Source: an uncultured delta proteobacterium | GTDB taxonomy: Bacteria; Myxococcota_A; UBA9160; SZUA-336 | Length of the DNA stretch: 64,000 bases | NCBI GenBank assembly: GCA_963704165.1 | Contig: CAVPHD010000001.1 | Span: 384,001-448,000, forward strand | Direction: 5' to 3' | In this document: positions 21,003-31,796 of the stretch, in pieces | Position numbering within the stretch: the stretch's first letter is position 1 | Layout: each line of letters opens with the position of its first letter | Position numbers and translations under genes: made by a program | Notes under the pieces: generated by a model | Databases searched by the model: none | The model's input: only the letters and a program-made list of their open reading frames with translations | Told to the model about the DNA's origin: nothing

Positions 21003-22573
21003 TCATCCTGTCCTGGCGCCGACCAGATTCGACCACTTCCCCCGGGCGAGATTCGCAAGACGTGTTCGCTCCGTCTCGCCGAGTCCGAGTCTCCATGCCG
21101 AAAGAGCTGTGGTGCCCGCGACGACCGCGACCAGCGCGAGCAGCCCGGTCCAACCTCGCGGTGGCATCGCCACTTTACACGCGATCAGCAGCGCGACGCC
21201 GGGCGCTGCGCCGAGGCAGGCCGGCCGCCAGACGAGCCGCAGACTCTCCGCCCCGTCGATCCCGAGCTTCTTGTGCACATGACGGGGCAGAAAGATGCCG
21301 CAGCCCACGACGAGCGGGATCGCGCTGGCGAGCGCCGATGCCCAGAAGTCCGAGATCCAGGATCACGAGGCTCGAGCCAGCCGAGTGAGACGGTGCCGAC
21401 GGCCATGAACAGCACCAGCAGGCCGAAGTAGCGGTGCTCGCCCATTCCGACCAGCACGAAGAAGCTCGAATGCTGCGAGAGCCGAGCCGCGTGACCGAGC
21501 GCGACGATCGCGAGCACGGTCGGGAGCAGCGCGTACTCCTTCTGCGTCCAGATCAGCAGGAATTCGCGGCCCATGATCAGGAGGAACGCGGCGGCGGGCA
21601 GGATCAGGAAGAGCGAGTACTTCTGGGCGAGTAGCATCAGCTCCTTCAGCCGCGCGTGATCCGCGTGGGTGTCGAGATCGCTCGCCGCGGGCTTGATCGC
21701 GGCGCAGAACGCCTCGACCACCGTCGTCAGGGTGAGCACCGACGCGGTGACGATCGCGTACTGCGCGACTTCGCCCGCGCTCCGGAACATCCCGATCATC
21801 ACCTCGCCCGCCTTCAGCAGGAGCAGCGCGCCAAGGACGTAGTTGAAGGTGTTGAAGCCGTAGCCGAGCATCTCGCGCAGCAGACCGCGGTCGAGCGCGC
21901 GAAGCGAGAACGGGCGCGCCGGCAGGAGCCGCAGGCAGAACACGAGATTGATCGCGTTCATCACCAGCTCGCTCACGCCGTAGATCAACGCGACGGTGAC
22001 GAGTCCGAATCCCGACATCACGAGCCACACGAGCACGCCGGTGCGAACGAGCGTGACCGCGAGCCGGCTTCCCGCCATCAAGTCGTAGCGCTGGTAGCCG
22101 CTCAGGATCGCGCCGGTCGCGCTCGTGAGCGAGGCGATCGCCGCGGACCCGCCGACCACGAGCACGCAGAGCCGCGCGTCGGCGACGAGCTCGGGCGGGA
22201 TCTGGAAGATCTGCGTCAGCCACTGATGCAGCACGAGCGTGAGCGCGATCAGGACGAGAGCCACGAGCGACAGGAACGCCGTGCAGGTGCTCACGACCGA
22301 GCGCAGCCCCTCGGAGTCGCCGGTGGCGAGCCGCACCGGAACGAAGCGGTTGATGGCGCTCGCGAGCCCGAGCTGAAAGACCACCGAATACGCGAACACC
22401 GACCCGACCAATGCCCACACTCCGTAGACGGATTCGCCGAGACGATGGAGCAGGAATGGGACGAGCAGGAACGCGATGACCGAGCCGAACAGACTGGCCG
22501 CGGCATTCCAGAGCACGTTGGTCACCACCAACGACGCGTCGGTCCGGCGGGCCGGTGCCCCAATGGCGGTCAT
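21003..22573 (-). CDS. Oligosaccharide flippase (Wzx/MOP family), frameshifted near 21330-21370
   Basis: Many TM helices; LGESVYGVW and QLGLASAINRFV pattern; C-terminal piece in ORF 21003-21308. Confidence 0.8.
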
Positions 22574-22703
22574 TTCGGATTCCGCATGGCTTTGGTCCTA
22601 TCGGCACGGCGATGCCTTCGCCGCTGCCTGGAAGCCGCATCTGGCTCGGGTATCGTCAGCCATCCGCAGCTGAGCTGCCATCCGTGAGGAGCCGTCCCTG
22701 AGA

Positions 22704-23798
22704 GTGCTGATCTGCGGCGAGGTACTGCAACTCGGCGGCGCGGAGACCGTGTCGATCGATCTCGCCAACGCGCTCGCGAGACGCGGTGTCGAGGTCGCCT
22801 ATAGCGCCGCGCCGGGGCCGCTCGAGGCGCGTCTCGATGCGGCGGTCCGCTTCGAACCAACGCCGAGGCTCGAGCGCTCGGCGTTCCCGAGCTTCCTGCG
22901 CGGGCTCGCTCGGGTGCTGCGCTCGTTCGACCCGGACGTGGTGCACGTGCAAGGCGCAACGCTCGCGCTCTCCGCGCGCATGCTGTCGAGGATCGGTCGG
23001 CGCCGCTTCTCCGTGGTGCTGACGCACCACTCCACCAGCTATCGCCGCGCACCCGCGTGGCTCTCCGGACCCCTGCTTCGCGCCGCGTGCGACCACATGA
23101 TCGCGATCAGCACCCTGAAGCACCGCCAGTTCCTGCAGATGGGCTTCGCCGAGTCGCGCGTCTCGCTGATTCCGAACTTCGTCGACTGCGCCGCGATACG
23201 CGAAGCCGCGAGTCACGCGGACCGGCAACGACTTCGAAGCGAGCTCGGCATCTCCGATGCGGAGAAGGTCGTGGTGATGGCCGGCCGGATGATCCCGGGA
23301 AAGGGCTTCGACGTGTTCCTGCGCTCGGTCGCGCGCTGCGCGACGCGCATGAATCGTCCGCTCGTCGCGCTCGCGCTCGGAGACGGACCGGAGCGCGAGG
23401 GTCTCGAGAGCCTGGCCAGGTCCCTGTCCGGACCGGCGCGCTTCGTCCTGCCCGGCTATCGCCGCGACGTGACCGCGCTCCTCTCGCTCTGCGACGCAGT
23501 TCTGTTTCCCTCGATGCTGACGGAGGTCCTGCCGATGGCGCTGATCGAGGCCGCCGCGGTCGGGGTCCCGATCGTCTGCTCCGACATCCCCGGAAACCGC
23601 GAGGTCGTGGAGAACGGCGTGAACGGCGTGCTCGCGGGTCCGTCCGACGAGAGCTACGCAGACGCGCTCGAACGCGTGCTCGCTGACGAGGCGCTCGCCC
23701 GGGACATGGCGAGCGCCGGGCGGCGGTCCGCGCTCGAGAAATTCGACGAGCAGGCCGTCGTTCCCAGGGTCATCTCGCTCTACGCGACGCTCGCCTGA
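22704..23798 (+). CDS. Glycosyltransferase family 4
   Basis: LGGAE, AGRMIPGKG and EVLPMALIEAAAVGVPIV (EX7E). Confidence 0.93.
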   Translation: MLICGEVLQLGGAETVSIDLANALARRGVEVAYSAAPGPLEARLDAAVRFEPTPRLERSAFPSFLRGLARVLRSFDPDVVHVQGATLALSARMLSRIGRRRFSVVLTHHSTSYRRAPAWLSGPLLRAACDHMIAISTLKHRQFLQMGFAESRVSLIPNFVDCAAIREAASHADRQRLRSELGISDAEKVVVMAGRMIPGKGFDVFLRSVARCATRMNRPLVALALGDGPEREGLESLARSLSGPARFVLPGYRRDVTALLSLCDAVLFPSMLTEVLPMALIEAAAVGVPIVCSDIPGNREVVENGVNGVLAGPSDESYADALERVLADEALARDMASAGRRSALEKFDEQAVVPRVISLYATLA

Positions 23799-23819
23799 GG
23801 CCACGCGTACAATGCGCGC

Positions 23820-24719
23820 ATGAACGCCAGACTCGATTGGTTCGGCTGCGCGACCTTCCGGCTCTCGGTGGGTGGGCTCGTGATCTTCCTCGATGCATAC
23901 CTCGATCGCGTGCCCGCGGCGAAGCCGACCGGACTGCTTCCCGATCAGGTCGAGCGCGCGGACTGGATCGTCGTCGGCCACTCGCACTTCGACCATCTCT
24001 ACGGCGCGGAGCGAATCGCCCGAAGAACCGGCGCGCGGATCCTGGGCTCGCACGAGACGGTGCGCGTCATGGAGGCGCAGGGCATTCCGGTCGATCGCAT
24101 GATCCCGGTCGCGGGCGGTGAGCGCATCCGCCTCTCCGACGACGTGACCGTGGACGTCTACCCGAGCCAACACTCCTGTGTGTGGTCGAAGACGGCAATG
24201 GCGCCCGCGGACGAGGTCTGCATCGGCGAGCTTGGCCTGACCTTGCAGGAGCAGCAGGAGCGCTTCCGCGAACTCGCCGCGCACTTCGGCACGCTCGGCC
24301 CGGACGTGATGGCTCACCTGATGGCGAGCGCGCAGGGACCGCGCGGCGACGGCGGCGCGCTCGTCTTTCATTTCGAGACACCCGAAGGCTCGCTCTTCTA
24401 TCAGGACACCTCGGGTCACTGGAGCGGGATCCTGCGCGACCTTCGTCCGGACGTGGCGATCCTCGCCGCCGCGGGGCGCGGAAACGTGGACGGTGAGCCG
24501 ATCCAGGGATCGCTCGCGACCTTCGTCGCCAAGCAGGTCGATCTGCTCCGCCCGCGCCGCGTGATCCTCGGTCATCACGACGACTGGCTTCCCGGCTTTT
24601 CGCTCGCGATCGACACGAAGCCGATCCGCGACGAGATCGCGCGCGTGCGCCCGGGCACCGAGCTCGTCGAGACCGGCTACGGGGCCGGCCTCGAGCTCTT
24701 CCGCGGACTGCGGAGCTAG
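23820..24719 (+). CDS. MBL-fold metallo-hydrolase (UlaG-like)
   Basis: WFGCA and GHSHFDH motifs; C-terminal GHHD. Confidence 0.85.
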   Translation: MNARLDWFGCATFRLSVGGLVIFLDAYLDRVPAAKPTGLLPDQVERADWIVVGHSHFDHLYGAERIARRTGARILGSHETVRVMEAQGIPVDRMIPVAGGERIRLSDDVTVDVYPSQHSCVWSKTAMAPADEVCIGELGLTLQEQQERFRELAAHFGTLGPDVMAHLMASAQGPRGDGGALVFHFETPEGSLFYQDTSGHWSGILRDLRPDVAILAAAGRGNVDGEPIQGSLATFVAKQVDLLRPRRVILGHHDDWLPGFSLAIDTKPIRDEIARVRPGTELVETGYGAGLELFRGLRS

Positions 24720-26100
24720 CTGGCGTAGGTCGCGGGATCGAGCGCGAAGGCGAGCGCGTCGGTCGCGTCGCCGGACGCGCGGCGCGAGGTGTTCTTGCGC
24801 GCGACGTCGCGGTACAGACGAAGCGCTTCGCGCGCGCCGAGGTCGCGGGTGTCGCGGCCGAGGTGTTCGAGAAGAAGCTCGCGCCGGAGCGCGTGCACCG
24901 TGGGACCGTGCCAGAACGACGCGTTCAGCTCCGTGTCGCCGAAGAACGAGCGGTTCCCGATGTTGGCCGAGCCGATCGTGCACCAGGCGTCGTCGACCAG
25001 CGCGATCTTCGCGTGCACGTACACGTTCTGGTACGCGCCCGGTCCGGTGCACGACGCGATCCCGGCGAGCGTGAAGTTCTCGAACCGGCCGAGGGCGGCA
25101 AGCGAGTCGAAGAAGGGCTGGCTGGACGGATCGCGCCGTCCCGCGGCCATCTCGTCGTTCGGATCGGCGGGAACGAGAAAGGCGACCTCGACGCCGCGCT
25201 CGAGCGCCACTCGCAACGCGTCCACGATCTGCTGCGCGCCGATCGCCTGATCCTCGATGTAGATCGCGTCGCGCGCGCCCGCGATCGCGCGCAGGTACTG
25301 GTCGAGGATCGAGTGCTCGCCGTCGCCGATCGGGAACTCGACCCCACCCGGCGAGGCGGTGCGATCGCTGTAGCGCTCGCGCCGGACCGTGCGCTGGATC
25401 TGCACGGGCACCTCTCCTGCGACGGGCGAGAGCGTCCTCGGGAACTCGAGCGGGCTCTGACTCCGCGCATCGGGCCAGAGTCCGTCGGCGAGGTCGCGGT
25501 CGCTCGCCTCGTTCCAGCGCTGCACGAAGTTGTGGTGCACGTCCGTCGCCGACGGCCCGCGCACCTCGACGTACACGTCGTGCGTGCTGCCGGACTCGCG
25601 CGGCGCGTGCCCCGGCGCGATCACCGAGCCGTTGTTCAGGTTGATCCCGCCGACGAACGCGACCTCGCCCAGTGTGCCCGCATCGATCGAGCCAGCTCTT
25701 CTGGTGCTGGCAGTAGCGTCCGTGCGCCCGGTCCCAGCGCGCGAGGAACTTCGAGCCGCGGCGCGCGAGAAACTCGCGATCGTCGTCGGTGCCGGCGAAG
25801 TGCGAGCCGGGATCGAGCTTCGCGAGCTCCGGGTGGCGCCAGAAGATCACGCGAACATCGACGCCGCGGGCCTTCGCGCGATCGAGCACGTCGAAGAAGC
25901 TGCCGTGCCCGTCCGGCATCTCGAACTCCATGTCGTGGAAGGCGACCGTCACCCATACGCTCTTGCGCGCCGCCTCCACCGCCTCGACAGATCCGCGCGA
26001 ACGCCGGCCCGCCATCGACGAGCGGCCGAACCGCGTTGCCACCGCGGATCGGATACGGGCCCGAGGTCACGAACGGAATGTGGTCACCGTGGCGCTGCAT
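24716..26100 (-). CDS. Phospholipase D/cardiolipin synthase-like protein, frameshifted
   Basis: Two HxKxxxxD motifs (HQKSW..D and HAKIALVD), GSANI, and N-terminal GNAVRPLVDG across three frames. Confidence 0.85.
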
Positions 26101-26130
26101 GGTCGAGCCTCCCTTCGACTTCCATTCCCG

Positions 26131-26979
26131 TCACCCCTTGGCCAGGATCTTCTCGAGCGCGGGCAGTAGATGGCCGCGAAAAGCCGCAGGGTCCTCCGCC
26201 ATCGGGAAGTGCCCCAGTCCCGGCATGAACACGAACTCCGCGCCGGGGATCTCGTCGGCCAGCGCCTTCGAGGCCGCGGGCGTCGCGCTCCAGTCGTACT
26301 CACCCGAGAGCACATACACGGACGTGCGTGACGCGTCGATCTTCCCGGCCTCGCCGCGAAGATCGTGTTCCTCGCCGTAGAAGTGCAGATCGCCGCGAAA
26401 GACCCCGGGGGCGCCCTGCGCGTAGCCCCAGCCGATCTCGCGCCGGCGCGGCTCCGACGCCGTCGGGCTCGTGAGGCCGATCATCAGGTCCGCCTTCACG
26501 TCGTTGCCGATGCGCGGGTGGTCGAGGAGATCGAGTGCGCCGCCCTCGGTCCGGGAGGCCGCCTCGATCCCGATCACGGCGCGGCACAGGCCCGGCTTCC
26601 AGCGCGCGAGATCGATCGCGACGTGTCCGCCCATCGAACAGCCCATGAAGACGGGTCGCTCGAGCGCGAGCTCGCCCGCGAAGCGCTCGATGAACTCGAG
26701 AAGGAACGCGAGCGTGAGCCGGTACGGCTCGCGCCACCAGGCAACACCATCGGGTGGCAGGGATTTTCCGTGGTAGGGGAGATCCCAGGCGATCACGCGA
26801 AAGCGCTCGGTGATCCACGGATCCTCGAGCAGGTGCCGCCACTGCCGACCGTCGGAGCCCGCCGTGTGCTGCAAGAGCAACGGCACGCCCTTCCCGCACT
26901 CCTCGAAGTAGACGCGGTAGCTCCGACCCGCGACGTCGAGGTGCAGGTAGCGTCCGGTCGCGCTCTCGAAGCGCGGCAT
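26131..26979 (-). CDS. Alpha/beta hydrolase
   Basis: GCSMGG, GEYD and LGHFPMAE catalytic-triad motifs. Confidence 0.9.
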   Translation of the reverse strand: MPRFESATGRYLHLDVAGRSYRVYFEECGKGVPLLLQHTAGSDGRQWRHLLEDPWITERFRVIAWDLPYHGKSLPPDGVAWWREPYRLTLAFLLEFIERFAGELALERPVFMGCSMGGHVAIDLARWKPGLCRAVIGIEAASRTEGGALDLLDHPRIGNDVKADLMIGLTSPTASEPRRREIGWGYAQGAPGVFRGDLHFYGEEHDLRGEAGKIDASRTSVYVLSGEYDWSATPAASKALADEIPGAEFVFMPGLGHFPMAEDPAAFRGHLLPALEKILAKG

Positions 26980-27353
26980 CAGGCGCGCGCCTCGCGCAGG
27001 ATCTCGATCACTCGCCGCAGCGCGCCGTAGTACGCGAAGAGCGTCTCGGGATCTCCGCCGAGCGACACCGGATGGTGAAGGGCCGCGCCGAACGGGTCCT
27101 GGTAGAACGGCTTCGGGACCGGCGCGAGCAGCTTCTCCCATTCCTCGGGCGCGGCGGAGAGCGCGAGGTCACGCGGCCCCGGCGCTGATTCGACAGGACC
27201 CGCAGCGACGAAGCGCCCGGCCTCGAAGCGAAGCGCGAAGCGCGTGGTTCCGACTCCGAGATGCAGCGCCCCGGTGAAGGCACGCGCGCAACGCGCGAGC
27301 TCGGGGTCCGAGGCGAACCGCGATGCGAGCCGCGTCGGATCGGGGAACGGCAT
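26979..27353 (-). CDS. Hypothetical protein coupled to the hydrolase (possibly SCP2-like)
   Basis: TGATG stop/start overlap with the hydrolase; TAGCAT 7 nt upstream of the ATG. Confidence 0.6.
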   Translation of the reverse strand: MPFPDPTRLASRFASDPELARCARAFTGALHLGVGTTRFALRFEAGRFVAAGPVESAPGPRDLALSAAPEEWEKLLAPVPKPFYQDPFGAALHHPVSLGGDPETLFAYYGALRRVIEILREARA

Positions 27354-27419
27354 CGACGCGATGCTACCACGCGGTGTGGCACGCGGGACTATCATCAGGT
27401 CCTCAACAGGAGGACCGCG

Positions 27420-28562
27420 ATGAACCATCCGATCATCTCCGCCGACGGTCACATCGATCTGCCCGTGCTACCCGAGAGCCTCTGGCGCGAGAACGCGCCC
27501 GCGGCGCTGCGCGATCGCATGCCGCGCGTCGTCGAGAAACCGTACGGGCGGGTCTTCGTCTCGGCCAAGGGCAAGGAGCTCGGCCTCGTCGGCGGCATGG
27601 GATCGGCGGGACGGCCGTACATTCCGGGTGAGATCCACCGTTCCGACCGCATGGCGGAGCGCGGTCTCTTCCGCGATCAGGCCGCGGGCATCATGCGCAC
27701 CGCCACGCCCGAGCTTCGCGTGCTCGATCAGGACCTCGACGGCATCTCCGCGGAAGTCGTCTATGGAATCCTCGGCGCCGGCGCGCGTCTCGACGACGAC
27801 GAGGTCTGCGCGAGCATGGTGCGCACGTACAACGCCTGGCTCGCCGACTTCTGCGCGAAGGCGCCGGGACGCTTCGCCGGAATCGGCTGTCTCGCGCACG
27901 GCGACCCGCCGCGCGCGGCCGCGGAAGTGCATCGCTGCGCGGAGCTGGGACTTGCCGGCGTCGAGCTCGGCATGACACACGACATGCTGCCGCTCTGGCA
28001 CGACGACTGGGAGCCGATCTGGCGCGCGGCCGACGAGACCGGCCTGCCCGTGCACATCCACACGACCGGACCGCGCACCGATCCACGCTGGGTCGGGAAT
28101 CCGGCGACCTATCGCCGCTGGCTCGCGACTCACATGTGCGCGTTCCAGGTGCCGATGTACGGCGTTCTCTCGGCGGTGCTCTTCGGCGGCGCGCCGGAAC
28201 GCTATCCGGGCCTGCGCGTCGTGCTCGGCGAGAGTGGGATCGGTTGGCTGCCTTACGCCATCGAACGACTCGACTACGAGTGGGAGGATCAGTTCCGAGA
28301 TCTGATTCCGCGCCGTCCGTCCGAGTACTGGCGTCGCCAGTTCTTCGCCACGTTTCAGATCGATCGAACGGGACTCGCGAATCTCGATGCAATCGGCGCC
28401 GAGACGGTCATGTGGGGCTCGGACTTCCCGCACCCCGACGGAACCTGGCCCGACTCACGCGAGATCCTGCGTCCGCAGCTCGAGCTGATCTCGGCTTCCG
28501 ATCGACGCAAAATCTTGTACGAGAACGCGAAACGCCTTTACCGATTCCCCGTCGCTGGCTAG
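27420..28562 (+). CDS. Amidohydrolase_2 family protein
   Basis: ISADGHI, LPVHIH, ESGIGW and WGSDFPH motifs; AGGAGG RBS. Confidence 0.92.
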   Translation: MNHPIISADGHIDLPVLPESLWRENAPAALRDRMPRVVEKPYGRVFVSAKGKELGLVGGMGSAGRPYIPGEIHRSDRMAERGLFRDQAAGIMRTATPELRVLDQDLDGISAEVVYGILGAGARLDDDEVCASMVRTYNAWLADFCAKAPGRFAGIGCLAHGDPPRAAAEVHRCAELGLAGVELGMTHDMLPLWHDDWEPIWRAADETGLPVHIHTTGPRTDPRWVGNPATYRRWLATHMCAFQVPMYGVLSAVLFGGAPERYPGLRVVLGESGIGWLPYAIERLDYEWEDQFRDLIPRRPSEYWRRQFFATFQIDRTGLANLDAIGAETVMWGSDFPHPDGTWPDSREILRPQLELISASDRRKILYENAKRLYRFPVAG

Positions 28563-28571
28563 GCTAACTGC

Positions 28572-29087
28572 ATGAATCACAGCATCTCCCGCGGGCGTCT
28601 CGGTCGCGTGATGACCGTCACTCTTCTCGCGTTCTTCGTTCCCGTCACCACGACGGCGTGCTTCGGCACGTTCCCGATCACGCGAAAGGTCTACCGCTGG
28701 AATGGAGGCGTGCACGCCGACAAGTGGATCCGCTGGATCGTCTTTCTCGGCATCAACATCGTTCCCGTCTACGCGGGCGCCGCGATCTTCGACATGGTGT
28801 TCTCGAACTCCGTCGAGTTCTGGACGGGACGGAACCCGATGGCGGCCGTGCCCGGAACGACGAAGTACGTCGAGGGTCCCGACGGCGAGCGCGCGGTGAT
28901 GACGGTGCGCGAGGATCACTCGCTCGACGTGCGGATGAGCGCGCCCGGCAAGCCCGACCAGCACTTCGTGCTCGTGCGCGAGACGGACGCGGTCGCGGCT
29001 TACGACGCGAACGGCCTGCTGCTCGCGCGCGTCGGCGACGGGCCGGATGGCGAGCCCGCCCTGCTCGCGGCCGCGATCGTCCGCTAG
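28572..29087 (+). CDS. DUF3332-like lipoprotein
   Basis: ACFGTFPIT, PVY and NSVEFWTGRNPM pattern. Confidence 0.7.
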   Translation: MNHSISRGRLGRVMTVTLLAFFVPVTTTACFGTFPITRKVYRWNGGVHADKWIRWIVFLGINIVPVYAGAAIFDMVFSNSVEFWTGRNPMAAVPGTTKYVEGPDGERAVMTVREDHSLDVRMSAPGKPDQHFVLVRETDAVAAYDANGLLLARVGDGPDGEPALLAAAIVR

Positions 29088-29134
29088 CGCCGCTCCGCGA
29101 TCGCGCCTCGCCCGATTCGCGCCGCCCGGCACGC

Positions 29135-29220
29135 GGATGGGCCGGATTGTCTGGGTGGAATTGTCCGGATTCTGTCCAGATCCAATGGGATTTGAACCGG
29201 CCAATCCCGCGCCGTAGGCT
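29135..29220 (+). promoter_or_regulatory. Sigma70 promoter TTGAAC-N17-TAGGCT embedded in direct and inverted repeats (candidate MocR operator)
   Basis: -35 at 29192-29197 and -10 at 29215-29220. Repeats GGATGGGCCGG, GGATTGTCTGG and GAATTGTCCGG; inverted copy CCGGCCAATCC. Confidence 0.65.
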
Positions 29221-29227
29221 CTGGGGC

Positions 29228-30736
29228 ATGCTGATCCCCATCGAGCGCGGGGCGCGCGAGCCCGTGGCCGCCCAGATCGTCTCGTACCTGCGCCGGGCGA
29301 TCGAGGCCGGGCGGCTCGAGCCCGGCAGCAAGCTCGAGCCGATCCGCGTGCTCGCGAAGCAGCTGGGCCTGAACCGCGAGACGGTCGCGACCGCCTATCG
29401 CGAGCTCGAGCAGCTCGGGTTGACCGAAGCCACCGTCGGCCGCGGAACGTTCGTGATCGGGCCGGCGGCCTCGACACCATCGCGTGTGGGCTCCGTGAAG
29501 CCGGACGAGCGCCCCTTCGAGCCGGTCTTCTCGCGCACCAGCGAGGCCGCGCGCGCGTCCGCCGTCGCACGGGTCGACTACGCCGCACCGCCCGGCGCGG
29601 TCCGCTTCGAGAGACTGATTCCCGACGGCGGCCTCTACCCGCACGAGGCCTTTCGAAAGGCGCTCAATGCGGCGCTCGCGAAGGGCGGACCGGCGTTGTA
29701 CGACTACGGCGATCCGCGCGGGCACGAAGGACTGCGGCGCGCGCTCGTCGAGCGCATGGCTCGCTCCGGCATCGAGGCCGACAGCGACGGCGTGGTGATC
29801 ACGGCCGGCGCGACGCAGGGCTTCGCGATCGCCGCGCGAATCTTCTGCGACGCCGGTGACGCGGTCGCCGTCGAGTCGCCGACCTACCCGTGGGCGTTCG
29901 CGACGCTCGCGGCCATGGGCCTGCGTGCCGCCCCGGTGCGGCTCACCGAGAACGGACTCGACCTCGATCAGCTCGACGGGATGCTCGCGCGCCGGAGCGT
30001 CCGCCTGATCTACACCATGCCGAGCTTCCACAATCCGACGGGGACGTCGAGCGATCTCGCGCACCGCAGGCGGTTGCTCGAGATCGCCGGTCGATACGGC
30101 GTGCCGATCCTCGAGGACGACTTCGAGAAGGACCTGCGCGTGCGCGGTCGCGGCGCGCCCCCACTTCGCGCGCTCGACCGTCGCGGAATCGTGTCGTATC
30201 TCGGCACGTTCTCGAAGACGCTCTTTCCGGCCGCTCGCGTCGGCTGGCTCTTCGCACCGCCCGCGATCGCGGCTGCGGCCGTGCTCGCCAAACGCACGAT
30301 GGACCTGACCACGAGCTCGCTGATCCAGGCCGGGCTCGCGGTCTTCCTGCGCGAGGGCAGCTACGACCGGCACCTGCGCCGCGTGCTGAAGGCGCTCGAA
30401 GTGCGGCTCGCGACCGCGGAGCGCGCGCTCGCGGCGTACCTCCCGGAGGGATCGACGTACACCCGCAGCGAGGGCGGCTTTCTGATCTGGGTGACGCTGC
30501 CGGATGCTCTGGACACGGCCGCGCTTCTCCCCGACGCGAAGCGGGCGGGCGTCGTCTATGCGCCGGGCGAGCTCTTCTACCCCGACGGACGCCGGAGCTC
30601 GTCCCTGCGCCTGTCGGTCGCGCAGACACCGGTGAGCGAGATCGAGCGCGGAGTGCAGATCCTGGGCGAAGTCGCGCGCGCGTCGCTCGCGCGCGGGAAG
30701 AACCGCCCGCGCACCGCCGAGGGGATTCATGTCTAG
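29228..30736 (+). CDS. MocR/GabR-family regulator (GntR HTH plus PLP aminotransferase-like domain), probable PdxR
   Basis: N-terminal wHTH (TVATAYRELE, GRGTF); FHNPTG, EDD and GTFSK motifs; lies directly upstream of pdxS/pdxT. Confidence 0.92.
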   Translation: MLIPIERGAREPVAAQIVSYLRRAIEAGRLEPGSKLEPIRVLAKQLGLNRETVATAYRELEQLGLTEATVGRGTFVIGPAASTPSRVGSVKPDERPFEPVFSRTSEAARASAVARVDYAAPPGAVRFERLIPDGGLYPHEAFRKALNAALAKGGPALYDYGDPRGHEGLRRALVERMARSGIEADSDGVVITAGATQGFAIAARIFCDAGDAVAVESPTYPWAFATLAAMGLRAAPVRLTENGLDLDQLDGMLARRSVRLIYTMPSFHNPTGTSSDLAHRRRLLEIAGRYGVPILEDDFEKDLRVRGRGAPPLRALDRRGIVSYLGTFSKTLFPAARVGWLFAPPAIAAAAVLAKRTMDLTTSSLIQAGLAVFLREGSYDRHLRRVLKALEVRLATAERALAAYLPEGSTYTRSEGGFLIWVTLPDALDTAALLPDAKRAGVVYAPGELFYPDGRRSSSLRLSVAQTPVSEIERGVQILGEVARASLARGKNRPRTAEGIHV

Positions 30737-30890
30737 CTCGAAGGGACTGCGGTACGAGGCCTTCGATGTCTTCGCCGAGTCGCGTTGCGCGGGAAATCCA
30801 CTCGCGGTGGTCCACGCTGCAGTCTCGCTCGACACCACGACCATGCAGGGAATCGCGCGCGAGTTCGACGCGCGCGGCGAGCTGGTCTGA
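30729..30890 (+). pseudogene. Truncated PhzF-family N-terminal remnant (53 aa)
   Basis: Manual translation MSSSKGLRYEAFDVFAESRCAGNPLAVVHAAVSLDTTTMQGIAREFDARGELV*, matching the PhzF-type DVF...GNPLAVV...MQxIARE motif. Confidence 0.75.
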
Positions 30891-30914
30891 GATCCACATC
30901 CGAAGGAGAGCCCC

Positions 30915-31796
30915 ATGAATGACGAGCTGTATCGCCTGAAGGTCGGACTCGCGGAGATGTTGAAAGGTGGCGTGATTCTCGACGTGACCAACGCCGATCA
31001 GGCGCGCCTGGCCGAGGACGCCGGCGCGTCCGCGGTCATGGCACTCGAACGCGTGCCCTCCGACATCCGACGCGATGGCGGGGTCGCGCGCATGGCCGCG
31101 GTCGAGGTGATCGACGCCGTACGCAGAGCCGTCTCGATTCCGGTGATGGCGAAGTGCCGGATCGGACACACGCAGGAGGCTCGGTTGCTCGAAGCGATCG
31201 GCGTGGACTTCATCGACGAGAGCGAAGTGCTGACGCCCGCCGACGACGAACACCACGTCGACAAGTCCGCATTCCGCTCGCCGTTCGTCTGCGGCGCGCG
31301 GGATCTCGGCGAAGCCCTGCGGCGGATCGGCGAGGGCGCCGCGATGATCCGCACCAAGGGCGAGGCCGGAAGCGGGAACATCGTCGAGGCCGTGCGCCAC
31401 CTTCGGCGCTTGGGCCGCGAGATGCGCGCGCTCGCGCAGGCGCCGCGCGACGAGCTGATGGCGCGAGCGAAGGAGTACGCTGCTCCCTACGAGCTCGTGC
31501 TCCGCGTGGCCGCGCTCGGCGCGCTGCCCGTTCCGAACTTCGCCGCCGGAGGCATCGCCACTCCCGCCGACGCCGCGCTGTGTATGTCGCTCGGTGCGCA
31601 AGCGGTCTTCGTCGGCTCCGGGATCTTCAAGTCGGCCGATCCGGCCGCGCGCGCCCGCGCGATCGTGCGCGCGACCACGCACTGGCAGGAGCCCAAGGAA
31701 GTGCTCGAGGCTTCGCGCGGGCTCGGCGATGCCATGCCGGGGCTCTCGATGGAGTCGATCCCGGAATCGGAGCGGCTTTCGGGGCGCGGCTGGTGA
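30915..31796 (+). CDS. pdxS: Pyridoxal 5'-phosphate synthase, lyase subunit
   Basis: [24 protein letters not shown] and [12 protein letters not shown] motifs. Confidence 0.98.
   Translation: MNDELYRLKVGLAEMLKGGVILDVTNADQARLAEDAGASAVMALERVPSDIRRDGGVARMAAVEVIDAVRRAVSIPVMAKCRIGHTQEARLLEAIGVDFIDESEVLTPADDEHHVDKSAFRSPFVCGARDLGEALRRIGEGAAMIRTKGEAGSGNIVEAVRHLRRLGREMRALAQAPRDELMARAKEYAAPYELVLRVAALGALPVPNFAAGGIATPADAALCMSLGAQAVFVGSGIFKSADPAARARAIVRATTHWQEPKEVLEASRGLGDAMPGLSMESIPESERLSGRGW

Noticed and set aside
31794..31796. TGG-TGA at the end of pdxS as another possible Sec codon
   Set aside because: PdxS normally ends in RGW, and the TGA overlaps the pdxT GTG start, so it is a genuine stop.
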